From assembly GCA_030586555.1 (NCBI GenBank), contig JAURAC010000020.1:17560-62862 (forward strand): DNA of 45,303 nucleotides, written 5' to 3'. The stretch is from Candidatus Subterrananammoxibius californiae. GTDB lineage: Bacteria > Planctomycetota > Brocadiia > Brocadiales > Subterrananammoxibiaceae. The notes below the pieces were generated by a model. That model saw only the letters and a list, made by a program, of their open reading frames with translations. It searched no databases and had not been told where the DNA came from. Below are positions 19,431-29,652 of the stretch, one piece after another. Every line of letters begins with the position of its first letter. The stretch's first letter is position 1. The position numbers were made by a program, and so were the translations under genes.

Positions 19431-19998
19431 GTTGCGCAACTTTTATTGTACCAGTTTTTATATACTGTGGTGTGTAGAGAATTAATTGACAGTGGCTGTA
19501 AATATCTAAGCGCTAATGGGAATGTCTTTTAAGGGTTAAAAGCACGTTTCGGAAACAAGCTTTTAACGAAACCTATTGATAGAGACTAACATAAAAGAAA
19601 GATTTGTAATCCACGTTCCGTCGTGGGCTCTTTCTACCGTAACCCTGAATTCCGATTTTATTGCGTCTCGAAATCACTCAAATATCTTAAAACGGAAGGT
19701 ATTGATAATTTTTGGGGATTATCAAGGGTGAAAACTTCAATAAATCTTACTCTCGAAAAGAAAACAGGTTTTGATAAAACCAACCCTACCCAAGACCTTC
19801 GGTCTTGTGTGCCAGCACTTGTTTTTAACCCATTTTTAAAGACATTTTCAGATATTTACATTTCTCTTGCCAGCAACATATACTCTACACCCCTATCATG
19901 CTCAGCGTCCTTTTTATGCTTAGCGTGAGCTAATGATGCAAAGAATTACTTTTAGAAATTATTCCGTTCGCCTCAGGCGGATGGGATAAAAGAAGGGG

Positions 19999-21573
19999 GT
20001 GAGGGCAATTAGTAATCTTCTAAGTTACCCAATCTTAATTTATGTAATCCCTCCTGTTTGTATCCTTATCGGGTATTTCATTTGTGTAATTACCACTAAA
20101 TGGAAGCGATGGAGTGCAGAAAAAACCTCCTTGAAACTTGTTGAGGATGCAAAAAGGGAGGCTGAAAGAATCAAGAAGGAAGCAGACGTTGCTATAAAGG
20201 AAGAACTTTATAGAAGAAGGGAAGCTTTTGAAAGAGAAACGCAGGAAACCAGACAAGAATTACGACAATTAGAAAGACGATTAAGCAAAAAGGATGACAA
20301 CCTCGAAAGAAAATTAGAAATCCTTACTAAAAAGGAGAGATTTGTAGAAGCTCAACAGTCAAGCTTGGCTGCTAAAGGGAAGGAAATTGAGGAGAAATGT
20401 GCACAACTTGAAAGAACCCTTGAGGAAGAAAAAGAAGCGCTACTCAGGATATCTAATCTCAGCAGGGACGAGGCCGAAAAACTACTTTTAAACCGCCTCG
20501 AAAAGGAACTGGACGAGAAATGTGCCGAAGTAATAGCCAGGTTCTCTCAAAAAGCCAAAGAGACTGCTGAGCAGACAGCAACTGCCTTAATATCTACTGC
20601 CATACAAAGATGTGCTGCTGACCATATCGTGGAGAATGTCGTAAGCACCATTGAATTACCCAATGACGAAATGAAGGGACGCATCATTGGTCGTGAAGGC
20701 AGAAACATCCGTGCCTTTGAAAAGGCTACGGGCATAGATGTTATTGTTGACGATACACCCGGCATTATCGTACTCTCAGGATTTGATAGCATCAGGCGAG
20801 AGATAGCCAGGATGACAATGGAGAAATTGATTTTAGACGGCAGAATACACCCGGCGCGCATTGAAGAGTTAGCTGAAGAAACCAAAAAAGAATTAGAGCA
20901 AATAATCCAGGAAACCGGAAAGCAGGCGTGCTTTGAATTTGGATTCCACAATATGCACCCGGAAATTATTAAGTTATTAGGCAGGCTAAAGTACCGCACC
21001 AGCTTCGGACAGAATCAGCTTGCGCATTCCATAGAAGTCGCCCATCTCATGGGTATCCTCGCAGGGGAACTAAAACTCGATACGCACTTGGCAAAGAGAT
21101 GCGGTCTCTTGCATGACATTGGCAAAGCAATAGGTCCTGAGATGGAAGGTGGACATGCATCGGCAGGCGCGGAACTTGCAAAAAGATACGAAGAGAAGTC
21201 CGAGGTCGTTAATGCAATCGCGTCCCACCATGAAGAGGTACCAGCCGAATCTGTTTATGCTGTGCTTGTGAGTGCGGCAGACGCCATCTCAGCCAGTCGA
21301 CCCGGGGCGAGGCGTGAAACCTTAGAGAAATACGTTAAGCGTCTCGAAAGGCTCGAAAGCATTGCAACTTCTTTTAGCGGTGTTAGAAGCGCCTATGCAA
21401 TTCAGGCTGGCAGGGAAGTACGGGTTATTGTAGACCCAGAAAAGATAAATGACAAACTTGCAGCCAAAATCAGTTACGATATTGCAAGGGAAATAGAAGA
21501 AGAACTTGAATATCCAGGTGAAGTAACCGTTACTGTTATCAGAGAAGTCCGGTCTGTTGATACGGCAAAGTAA
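19999..21573 (+). CDS. rny: Ribonuclease Y
   Basis: N-terminal TM, coiled coil, KH GRIIGREGRNIR, HD LLHDIGK, ADAISASRPGAR. Confidence 0.97.
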   Translation: MRAISNLLSYPILIYVIPPVCILIGYFICVITTKWKRWSAEKTSLKLVEDAKREAERIKKEADVAIKEELYRRREAFERETQETRQELRQLERRLSKKDDNLERKLEILTKKERFVEAQQSSLAAKGKEIEEKCAQLERTLEEEKEALLRISNLSRDEAEKLLLNRLEKELDEKCAEVIARFSQKAKETAEQTATALISTAIQRCAADHIVENVVSTIELPNDEMKGRIIGREGRNIRAFEKATGIDVIVDDTPGIIVLSGFDSIRREIARMTMEKLILDGRIHPARIEELAEETKKELEQIIQETGKQACFEFGFHNMHPEIIKLLGRLKYRTSFGQNQLAHSIEVAHLMGILAGELKLDTHLAKRCGLLHDIGKAIGPEMEGGHASAGAELAKRYEEKSEVVNAIASHHEEVPAESVYAVLVSAADAISASRPGARRETLEKYVKRLERLESIATSFSGVRSAYAIQAGREVRVIVDPEKINDKLAAKISYDIAREIEEELEYPGEVTVTVIREVRSVDTAK

Positions 21574-21633
21574 TCCCCCTCCTCCTTCATAAAAGAGGAA
21601 AGGTAGGAGGATTCCCCCCCGAAGTAAGAAGAA

Positions 21634-23523
21634 ATGCATGTTGATTTCGACGTTATAGTGGTTGGTGGAGGGCATGCCGGATGTGAGGCTGCCCTCGCAT
21701 CCGCCCGCATGGGGATGCGAACCGCACTGCTGACCATAGACCCTGATACGACTGCCAAGATGTCCTGTAACCCTGCAATTGGCGGCCTTGCGAAGGGACA
21801 ACTTGTCAGGGAAATTGACGCCCTCGGTGGCGAGATGGCAAAGGTCACCGACCAAACAGGTATTCAGTTTCGTATGCTTAATACCCGCAAGGGTCCCGCC
21901 GTCCGCTCTCCCCGTGCCCAGGCAGATAAAAAACTCTATCAACTCACAATGAAGAGAAGTCTGGAGGGGCAAGAAAACCTCTCCCTTCGCCAGGAAATCG
22001 TTGATGCGCTCCTTGTAGAACATAATCGCGTAATCGGTGTTATCGCTCAAAGCGGTATCACTTACAAGACAAAGGCAGTAATCCTTACCACCGGGACATT
22101 TCTAAAAGGACTTATCCACTGCGGCAGTACAAAGGTAATCGGTGGAAGGGCTGGAGAGCCTTCTGCCGAGAACCTCTCTTCATCATTGATTAGTCTTGAC
22201 TTTGAACTCGGCCGTTTGAAGACAGGCACCCCCCCACGCCTCAATGCTCGAACGATTAACTATGATGTCCTCGAACCCCAATACGGTGACCGTGACCCGC
22301 AGCCTTTTTCTTACTCCACGGACAGGATAGTTCGCCCTCAGGTTCCGTGTTACATTACCTACACAAACCAGAAGACCCACGAAATCCTCAGGGCAAATCT
22401 TGCCCGTGCCCCGCTTTATACGGGACAGATTAAGGCAGTCGGACCACGATATTGCCCTTCCATCGAGGATAAGATAGTACGATTTTCTGATAAAGACCAG
22501 CATCAAATATTCCTTGAACCGGAGGGTCTTAATACCTTAGAGGTATATTGTAACGGCATCTCTACCAGTGTGCCCCCGGATGTGCAGGAGGCGATGGTTA
22601 ATTCAATCAAGGGTTTAGAGAAGGCGGAAATCGTGCGGTATGGTTATGCCATTGAGTATGACTTTGTTCCACCTACACAGATAAAGCCATCGCTTGAGAC
22701 AAAGCTTGTTGAGAACCTCTTTTTTGCTGGACAAATAAACGGTACTTCTGGCTATGAGGAAGCGGCGGCACAGGGCATTATGGCAGGCATTAATGCCGTT
22801 CTCAAGATTCGTGGAGAAGAACCCTTCGTTCTCGACCGTTCGGAGGCTTACATTGGCGTTTTAATTGATGACCTTGTTACAAAAGGCACACTTGAACCGT
22901 ACAGGATGTTTACGTCCAGGGCTGAATACCGCCTCTTACTGCGGCAGGATAATGCCGACAGAAGACTCATGAAATATGGTTATTGTCACGGTCTTATAAA
23001 AGAGAATCAATGGAAGCAACTGGAGGAAAAGGAGAAAGCCATCGCTGAAGTAAGAAATTATATCAGGAAGAAATCTTATGGAGAATGTTCCCTCGAGAAG
23101 CTATTGCGCCGCCCTGAGATTAATTTTGCTAACCTGTTAGAACTGGATGCTGGATTGAAACAAATGATGGGAAACACCCCCTCCTATTCCCCCACTTCAG
23201 AAGGGGGGGATAAAAGGGGGGGTAATCTTCACGCCCTTTCGGTCCAGGAGCAGGTTGAAATTGAGGTAAAGTATGAAGGCTATATAGAGCGGCAGCAGGC
23301 TCAGGTAGAAAAGTTCAAGAAGATGGAAGGCTTTACCTTACCCTCGTGGCTTAACTACTCAAGTATTCCAGAACTTAGAAAAGAGGCACGCCAAAAGCTC
23401 GACCATATTCGCCCTCTCTCCCTCGGACAGGCGTCAAGAATTTCTGGCATATCACCTGCCGATGTTTCCATTCTCATGATATATCTTAATGGAAAACGCT
23501 CCTACATTATTGAAAAAAGGTAA
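21634..23523 (+). CDS. mnmG: tRNA uridine 5-carboxymethylaminomethyl modification enzyme
   Basis: GGGHAGCEAA, SCNPAIGG, GPRYCPSIEDK, AGQINGTSGYEEAAAQG. Confidence 0.98.
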   Translation: MHVDFDVIVVGGGHAGCEAALASARMGMRTALLTIDPDTTAKMSCNPAIGGLAKGQLVREIDALGGEMAKVTDQTGIQFRMLNTRKGPAVRSPRAQADKKLYQLTMKRSLEGQENLSLRQEIVDALLVEHNRVIGVIAQSGITYKTKAVILTTGTFLKGLIHCGSTKVIGGRAGEPSAENLSSSLISLDFELGRLKTGTPPRLNARTINYDVLEPQYGDRDPQPFSYSTDRIVRPQVPCYITYTNQKTHEILRANLARAPLYTGQIKAVGPRYCPSIEDKIVRFSDKDQHQIFLEPEGLNTLEVYCNGISTSVPPDVQEAMVNSIKGLEKAEIVRYGYAIEYDFVPPTQIKPSLETKLVENLFFAGQINGTSGYEEAAAQGIMAGINAVLKIRGEEPFVLDRSEAYIGVLIDDLVTKGTLEPYRMFTSRAEYRLLLRQDNADRRLMKYGYCHGLIKENQWKQLEEKEKAIAEVRNYIRKKSYGECSLEKLLRRPEINFANLLELDAGLKQMMGNTPSYSPTSEGGDKRGGNLHALSVQEQVEIEVKYEGYIERQQAQVEKFKKMEGFTLPSWLNYSSIPELRKEARQKLDHIRPLSLGQASRISGISPADVSILMIYLNGKRSYIIEKR

Positions 23524-23559
23524 GCGCTGACATATTTCCAACGCCTCATTATGTCCCGC

Positions 23560-23826
23560 CTATGCTTTCTTAATCACACCGCGTTCGCCTTCTAACTCCA
23601 GTTGTGTGATACTGCCGTAGGGCATACCCATCTTCTGGAACCAGGCAGCTACAGCCTCTTTGTTGGCAGCCTCAAGTATGCAAAATGCTTTACCTTCCGA
23701 AAGGTTAACGAAGCTCCGATAACCCCGTACCACTGGATCCTGCTGTGATGCTTGAGCAAATTGGTTTACCTGTTCACGAGTGAAACCCCCGGGTGGGAAC
23801 GTATGTTCGGATATAAATTTTGGCAT
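23560..23826 (-). CDS. Small DUF4242-like protein
   Basis: MPKFISEHTFP...GKAFCILEA pattern; AGGAGGT RBS upstream. Confidence 0.6.
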   Translation of the reverse strand: MPKFISEHTFPPGGFTREQVNQFAQASQQDPVVRGYRSFVNLSEGKAFCILEAANKEAVAAWFQKMGMPYGSITQLELEGERGVIKKA

Positions 23827-23877
23827 GATGATTTACCTCCTTTAGAGTAATTGCTTTGTATACAAATTGATAAAATC

Positions 23878-23970
23878 TGGCGGAGAGGCCGGGATTCGAA
23901 CCCGGGGAAGAGGATTTTCCCCTTCAATGGGTTAGCAACCCATCGCTTTCAGCCGCTCAGCCACCTCTCC
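23878..23970 (-). tRNA. tRNA-Ser(GCT)
   Basis: GGAGAGG acceptor stem, ATGGG-TT-GCT-AA-CCCAT anticodon arm, long variable arm, GGTTCGAATCC, encoded CCA. Confidence 0.97.
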
Positions 23971-24034
23971 AGTTCATTATAAAAACCGAAATCCGAAAAG
24001 AAATTTCGAGTTTCGCGCTTCGTATTTCAGCTTC

Positions 24035-24062
24035 ATTATACCACCTTCTTCTATGCGGTCAA
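24035..24062 (-). promoter_or_regulatory. Promoter for tRNA-Ser
   Basis: TTGACC, 16 nt, TATAAT (extended TGG) on minus strand. Confidence 0.6.
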
Positions 24063-24085
24063 TAACAAAAAAATATGCCCCTATT

Positions 24086-26221
24086 TCAACTAACCCTCAC
24101 AAAATCCACTTCCCGTTTTAGCATATCAATCTTGTCAATCTTCACTTTTATACAATCACCTACCCTTAATACCTTGTGGCGTCTTGAGCCAATAAGCGCC
24201 AGCCGCCTCCTGTCCATGCTGTAAAAGTCATCTGTAAGTGTGCGTATGTGTATCAACCCCTCCACAAGATACTCGTTAAGCTGAACAAAAAGCCCGTATT
24301 CCTGAACGCCAGCTATAACAGCATCAAATACATCCTCTGTACGATTCTCAAGAAACCTGAGAAGTTTAAGCTTTATGATTTCGCGCTCTGCATCATCAGC
24401 CCTTCGCTCGGTGAAGGAACAATGAATTGCCCACTCAGGAAGATTACTTTGCCAATAAGACCTGAGAGAATCAGAAATAAGTTCCTTTGAAAAATACTGG
24501 TCCAATAGCCTGTGAACTATAAGGTCCGGATAGCGACGTATAGGGGATGTAAAATGAGTATAATGCTCCAATGCGAGTGCAAAGTGGGGGGTTTGAGTGG
24601 CTGAATAGACCGCTTGCTTGAGGGATTTAAGGAGAAGCAGATTTACTACGTAGGCTTCGGGCTTACCTCTAACATCTTTAAGAAGTTGCTGAACTTGCCT
24701 CGTATTAAAGGGGTCAATCTGCACACCCTCAATACCTTTTATGAACGTTGCAAAGTCTAAAATCTCATCTTCATCAGGCATGGGATGCACACGAAATATG
24801 CCGGGCATCTTTTTTTCCTGCAAAAATCTTGCTACAACCTCATTTGCCGAAAGCATGAACTCCTCAATCACACGATGAGATATGCGCTTTTCAAACCTCT
24901 TTACGCCTGTTACCCTTCCATTTTTATCCACGTGAACGGAAACCTCTGGCAAATCGAGCTCAAGGGCGCCCCTCTTCAACCTATTTTCAAAAAGAATATT
25001 GGCAAGCCCTGCGGCATCATTAAGAAGTTCCTTTACATTATTCTCGGCATCCTCATCACCTTCCAAGATTCGAGTAGCCTGATTGTAATTTAGCCTTTTC
25101 TTAACATTGATAACAGAGTGTTTTATTTCATATTTAACAAGCACGCCTTTTGAATCAAATGTCATAAAGGCGGTCTTTGTAAGCCTATCCACACCTTCTT
25201 TCAGGCTGCATATATCGTTAGAAAGCTGTTCAGGCAGCATGGGTATAACCTCGCCAGGGAAATATACGCTCGTTCCCCTGTTGCGGGCTTCTGTATCAAT
25301 AGAGGAATCCGGACGAACGTAGTGGGAAACATCAGCTATGTGAACCCCTAAAAGGTAACCGCCCCCGTCCAACTTTTCCATAGAGATGGCGTCATCGAAA
25401 TCCTTTGCATCCTCAGGGTCAATGGTAATAATTACCTTGTTACGCAGGTCAAGCCTGCCAGTGTACTCTTGCTTAATAATGAGATGAGGAATCGTTTTTT
25501 CTGCCTCATCAAGCGTCTCTGTATTAAACCTGTAAGGCAGGTTAAACTGATAGGCAACAGATAATGAATCAACTCCTGGAGCGCTGTCGGGACCAAGCAC
25601 TTCGGTCACCACTCCTTCAGGGTTAAGATGCCTGCTGGGCCATTGAACCACCTTTACTATTACCTTATCGCCAGATTTTGCCCCTCCCGAATCGTCTTCT
25701 GACACATAAACATCTTTAAAGAGACGGCTATTATCCGGAACCACGTAACATAGCTTCCTTGACCTTTCAAACATCCCTATCAGCGCCTCGTTTGCACGCT
25801 TCAGGACATTGACAATCTGTCCTGAGCCACCCTTCCTTTTTCTTTTCCCTCTCCTGCCATGCACCGGCTCAGGCAACCGCACCACGACAATATCCCCGTG
25901 CATTGCGGTAGCCATATTTTCTTCATCCACATAAACATCAGGCATTACCCCCTCTTTTCTCGGCACCACAAAACCAAATCCCCTCGGATTGCAATCGAGC
26001 GTGCCAACAAGCAATCTGACCTTTGCTGGTAGGGCATACTGCCTGTCCTTTATCTGCACAATCTCGCCCTGCAATTCAAGCGACCTTAAGAAGTCACAGA
26101 ACTCCTTGTACTCAGAATCCTGGATTTCAAAATGTTCAGCCAGCTCTATGGCATTCATTGGACTGTATCTTCTGCTGCGGAGGAATTTAATGAGGTCTGA
26201 GGATGTAATCATAAATAACAA
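24086..26221 (-). CDS. rnr: Ribonuclease R
   Basis: TIDPEDAKDFDDAIS, HIADVSHYV, YTHFTSPIRRYPDL, C-terminal S1. Confidence 0.96.
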   Translation of the reverse strand: MLFMITSSDLIKFLRSRRYSPMNAIELAEHFEIQDSEYKEFCDFLRSLELQGEIVQIKDRQYALPAKVRLLVGTLDCNPRGFGFVVPRKEGVMPDVYVDEENMATAMHGDIVVVRLPEPVHGRRGKRKRKGGSGQIVNVLKRANEALIGMFERSRKLCYVVPDNSRLFKDVYVSEDDSGGAKSGDKVIVKVVQWPSRHLNPEGVVTEVLGPDSAPGVDSLSVAYQFNLPYRFNTETLDEAEKTIPHLIIKQEYTGRLDLRNKVIITIDPEDAKDFDDAISMEKLDGGGYLLGVHIADVSHYVRPDSSIDTEARNRGTSVYFPGEVIPMLPEQLSNDICSLKEGVDRLTKTAFMTFDSKGVLVKYEIKHSVINVKKRLNYNQATRILEGDEDAENNVKELLNDAAGLANILFENRLKRGALELDLPEVSVHVDKNGRVTGVKRFEKRISHRVIEEFMLSANEVVARFLQEKKMPGIFRVHPMPDEDEILDFATFIKGIEGVQIDPFNTRQVQQLLKDVRGKPEAYVVNLLLLKSLKQAVYSATQTPHFALALEHYTHFTSPIRRYPDLIVHRLLDQYFSKELISDSLRSYWQSNLPEWAIHCSFTERRADDAEREIIKLKLLRFLENRTEDVFDAVIAGVQEYGLFVQLNEYLVEGLIHIRTLTDDFYSMDRRRLALIGSRRHKVLRVGDCIKVKIDKIDMLKREVDFVRVS

Positions 26222-26303
26222 TGGTAGACAACGATGTTTATCCGCCTCAGGCGGATTGAAATCAACGAACGTAAAGTTCGTTGTCTACCTTAGAGATTGA
26301 ATG

Positions 26304-27257
26304 CTATTCTTTTAAGCCCTTAAACAACCTGCGGTCGAACATCTTGACAAACTCGGTCCAGTTGCTGGAAGGGTCCTTGCTATCCTTAACCGCCTTTTCA
26401 AAGGCATACATCTTTGCGTCGAGGTTATCGAGGTAATGAAGGGCTACTGCCTCTGCGGTTTGTGGGAGCCTCGGTGAGCCAAACTGATACTCTCCATGAT
26501 GGCTTAGAATCATGTGTTGGAGCACATTAAGCAACTCTCTGGGAAAATTAGTAATTTGTTTTGCCTTCTCCTCAACCATCATAGCCCCAATAACAAGGTG
26601 TCCTACCAACTGCCCATCATCTGTATATTGAAAGCTCCTTCTATAAGCAAGCTCCCTCGTTTTCCCTATATCGTGGAGGATTATACCTGTAAGGAGCAAA
26701 TCACGATTTAGCACAGGATAATTATCAACAATCTTCATGCCTGCGTTTGCAAGGGAAAGTGTATGCTCAAGGAGTCCGCCGATAAAAGCATGATGATAAT
26801 CAACCGCTGCGGGGGTAGAACAGAGCGCCTTACAAAAATCAGCGTCGTTCATAAACATAGTCAAAAGCGCTGCAAGATGGGCATTCTTAATTGAGGCTAC
26901 TATCTCCTGGAACTCCTGAAGCATTTTACCCACATCTTTTTGGGTTCTTGGAAGGAAGTCCTCAAGGCTTACTGCCCCCTCATCTACCTTAGATATGCCA
27001 CTAAAAGTCAATTGCAATGTATTCTGATACGTTCCTAACTGCCCCCTTATCTTTACGAAATCATTTTCGTTAAAAGATTGAAACAGCGCCTCGGTGGTAT
27101 CCCACATACGACCCGTAATTGACCCTGTGCGGTCTGAAAACTGTGCCTGAATGTAGGAACTCCCGTTTCGTGCCGTCCTCAGTTCCTTCTTCTGAACAAG
27201 GAAGACCTGGTCAATTACATCGCCGCTTTTAAGTTCTGAAACGAATTTTCTTGGCAT
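26304..27257 (-). CDS. yhaM: 3'-5' exoribonuclease YhaM family (OB + HD)
   Basis: N-terminal OB fold, HHAFIGGLLEH, LHDIGK, SHHG, LDNLDAK. Confidence 0.88.
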   Translation of the reverse strand: MPRKFVSELKSGDVIDQVFLVQKKELRTARNGSSYIQAQFSDRTGSITGRMWDTTEALFQSFNENDFVKIRGQLGTYQNTLQLTFSGISKVDEGAVSLEDFLPRTQKDVGKMLQEFQEIVASIKNAHLAALLTMFMNDADFCKALCSTPAAVDYHHAFIGGLLEHTLSLANAGMKIVDNYPVLNRDLLLTGIILHDIGKTRELAYRRSFQYTDDGQLVGHLVIGAMMVEEKAKQITNFPRELLNVLQHMILSHHGEYQFGSPRLPQTAEAVALHYLDNLDAKMYAFEKAVKDSKDPSSNWTEFVKMFDRRLFKGLKE

Positions 27258-27272
27258 GATTTCGACAAAAAG

Positions 27273-27301
27273 GTAGGGGCGGGTTTCAAACCCGCCCCTA
27301 C
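27273..27301. repeat. GTAG REP-like palindrome; degenerate copies at 29087-29115 and 44807-44832
   Basis: GTAGGGGCGGGTTT-C-AAACCCGCCCCTAC perfect hairpin. Confidence 0.85.
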
Positions 27302-27310
27302 AATGTTAAA

Positions 27311-28951
27311 TTAATGATGACTGGAGCCACCATCCGTCGTTGTTACATCTCCGGGTTTTCTCTTCCATCCGAGCAGCAGGTCTGTGTATTCGCCATGTTT
27401 CCAGAAGTCGTAGGCAGTATGCTGTATGCCTAACTTCTTCTCAATTTCAGCAAATCTCCTCAGTCGGCTCGCCTCTGCCTTTACCTGGATGAGCCACCTG
27501 TCCTGGCAGAACGCCCCAAGTCCGTAGGTTGCGTTATACCATGCAAAGTGGGCTGATGCCTTATAAACAGCATTTGTAATATAGACAAGCAGCTCAAAGG
27601 ATATACGTTCTATATCAGAGACGTTGAACATCCTTCCCTCCCCACCGGGGAAAAGGCTAAAGGTATAATGACCTGCCCAGTCGGGCGCAAGGTCTTTTGG
27701 CATAGGGTCAAGAAGACCGTCTTGATACAGGTCGGTTACAATAGCCATTGCCTCACGCCACTTGGTAAAGCTTACCTTTACAGCCTCATCCATAGCCTCA
27801 AGCTGGTCTTTTGCGAAACGTGGGGAATGACATCCCTGGCATATCTTTATCCATCCATCCCTCTTTTCTTTGTGCTTAAGCGCTCCACGGTCAACAAGCG
27901 CGGTTCCCATGTGGCTATAGACAGTGGAAGATGCCATGACATTATGTTCTCCGTCTTGCATGTGGCAGTACGCACAGGTTGGAACCTTGTAATTCTGAGG
28001 TTTTAAAGGTTTTGTCCAATCCCACGTTGCGCCCTCTGCCGCATAAATCATTCCATGATACGATTGCGCGTACATCTCATACTCATAGTGGTCAAGGCCT
28101 GTATGACAGACGCCGCAGTTATTAGGCTTTCTGGATTCCGCAACGGAGAAATCATGCCTCGTGTGGCAGCCGTCGCATCTGTTTTCCACCGTAGCATGGC
28201 AGGCTGCACATCCCGTAACCTCTTCGCCAGGCTTTCCTATCTGCCATGATGCCGCCTCGATGGTGTTTATATGAAACGCATGGGTGTGCGAGCCAACCTC
28301 ACCAGCCCGATGGCCTGCCATCTGCTTTTCATGGCACTTTCCGCATGTGTTGTAAGAGGGCATGGTCAGATTTTCATGGTCTGAGCCGTGACATTTATCG
28401 CAGGTTATAGGTTCTTCTGCATGTTCGAATCCTTCTGCATGTTCATGTCCTTCGTGCTTTTCCCATAGCTCAGGTTTGGCGTGTTTACTGCGCTTCCACT
28501 GGGCTACAATACCTGGCGTTTGGATAGTATGGCAGAGAATGCACTCTTCACCTTTAAAAGTGCCTTTGGTTACGCTCTCCGAGGAAGAATAATAATGGTC
28601 TGGGTCATACCATCTTATAATTGGAAGAAAGTAAAAAAGCTTTCCATACTTTCCCTCTGCAGGCACTGTTTTAGCAGGGCCTGTGTATGTAGCCGTTAAT
28701 CCTGAGTTATAGATATCGCCGGAATCATCTGGTCCTGCAGGTTGCCCAAATAGTTTTGAGGCAGCTTCTTGAAAGGAAGTTTGTGCTTCAGCAGGAGCTT
28801 GTGCTGCTGGAGCATCTGTTTCTACCTTTTCCTGCGTTGTCGCGTCCTCTTTTGTGCCCTTATAAAATTCTGAACACCCGAGCAGGCTGACAGAAATTAT
28901 AAACGCTCCTGACAATGCTATGTAAATAAAACCGGTTTTGCCTTTTTTCAT
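27311..28951 (-). CDS. hao: Second octaheme HAO-family protein, predicted lipoprotein
   Basis: 8 CxxCH; LLGC lipobox; clear paralog of 6595..8163 (IRWYDPDHYY, ENRCDGCHTRH, DFWKHGEYTDLL). Confidence 0.88.
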   Translation of the reverse strand: MKKGKTGFIYIALSGAFIISVSLLGCSEFYKGTKEDATTQEKVETDAPAAQAPAEAQTSFQEAASKLFGQPAGPDDSGDIYNSGLTATYTGPAKTVPAEGKYGKLFYFLPIIRWYDPDHYYSSSESVTKGTFKGEECILCHTIQTPGIVAQWKRSKHAKPELWEKHEGHEHAEGFEHAEEPITCDKCHGSDHENLTMPSYNTCGKCHEKQMAGHRAGEVGSHTHAFHINTIEAASWQIGKPGEEVTGCAACHATVENRCDGCHTRHDFSVAESRKPNNCGVCHTGLDHYEYEMYAQSYHGMIYAAEGATWDWTKPLKPQNYKVPTCAYCHMQDGEHNVMASSTVYSHMGTALVDRGALKHKEKRDGWIKICQGCHSPRFAKDQLEAMDEAVKVSFTKWREAMAIVTDLYQDGLLDPMPKDLAPDWAGHYTFSLFPGGEGRMFNVSDIERISFELLVYITNAVYKASAHFAWYNATYGLGAFCQDRWLIQVKAEASRLRRFAEIEKKLGIQHTAYDFWKHGEYTDLLLGWKRKPGDVTTTDGGSSHH

Positions 28952-29120
28952 TCTTTTCTTACCTCCTTTCTTCTATAAATGAACGTTCACTTGATGTACA
29001 TAAACCTCCGAGGGAAACGTCATGGAACACCTCCTCACCTCCTTTCTTATACGAATGTTCGCCACGTTTTATTGATTGCCTTATTAGTAGGAGCGGGTTT
29101 TAAGCCCACCCCTACACACG

Positions 29121-29597
29121 TTAACCTTGAAACACAAACTCCCCGCTTTTGCCCCCTGATTTTTTCACAAGGTGCACATCGCTGATAACCATAGCTTTGT
29201 CAACTGATTTGCACATATCGTAAATAGTAATAGCACAAATGCTGGCAGAAGTCAATGCCTCCATCTCTACCCCCGTCTTTCCCGTTACACTAACCTCAGC
29301 GAGTATCTCAATAGAGTCAACGCCGTTATTTGTATAGTCAATTTTTACAGAGGTTAAGGGTAAGGGGTGGCACATGGGGATAAGCGAACTTGTCTGTTTA
29401 GCGGCAAGGATACCCGCCACCCTTGCCACCTCAAGCACATCCCCCTTTGCCACCTTTTTATTGAGGATTAGTTTAAGGGTTTCTGGCTTCATGGTTACCT
29501 TTGCGTGTGCAACGGCGATACGCTGAGTAACCTCCTTATCGCCGACATCAACCATGCGAGATGCGCCAGATTCATCGAAATGGGTTAGTTTTGACAT
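29121..29597 (-). CDS. moaC: Cyclic pyranopterin monophosphate synthase
   Basis: LTHFD..G..RMVDV, LIPMCHPL, TGVEMEALT, YDMCKSVDK, KSGGKSG. Confidence 0.96.
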   Translation of the reverse strand: MSKLTHFDESGASRMVDVGDKEVTQRIAVAHAKVTMKPETLKLILNKKVAKGDVLEVARVAGILAAKQTSSLIPMCHPLPLTSVKIDYTNNGVDSIEILAEVSVTGKTGVEMEALTSASICAITIYDMCKSVDKAMVISDVHLVKKSGGKSGEFVFQG

Positions 29598-29624
29598 AAA
29601 AAAGTTTCCGCCAAAACGATTTAA

Positions 29625-29652
29625 GTAGAGACGCAAAATATTGCGTCTCTAC
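29625..29652. repeat. REP-like palindrome GTAGAGACGCAAAATATTGCGTCTCTAC; identical copy at 43785-43812
   Basis: 28-bp hairpin occurring twice identically. Confidence 0.88.

Noticed and set aside
19623..19928. 101-aa ORF upstream of rny, and 64-aa ORF 35570..35764
   Set aside because: No recognisable motifs or RBS; the second overlaps a REP
23560..23970. tRNA-Ser as an integration site for an island
   Set aside because: No duplicated tRNA 3' end or integrase seen; only one small gene lies between it and mnmG
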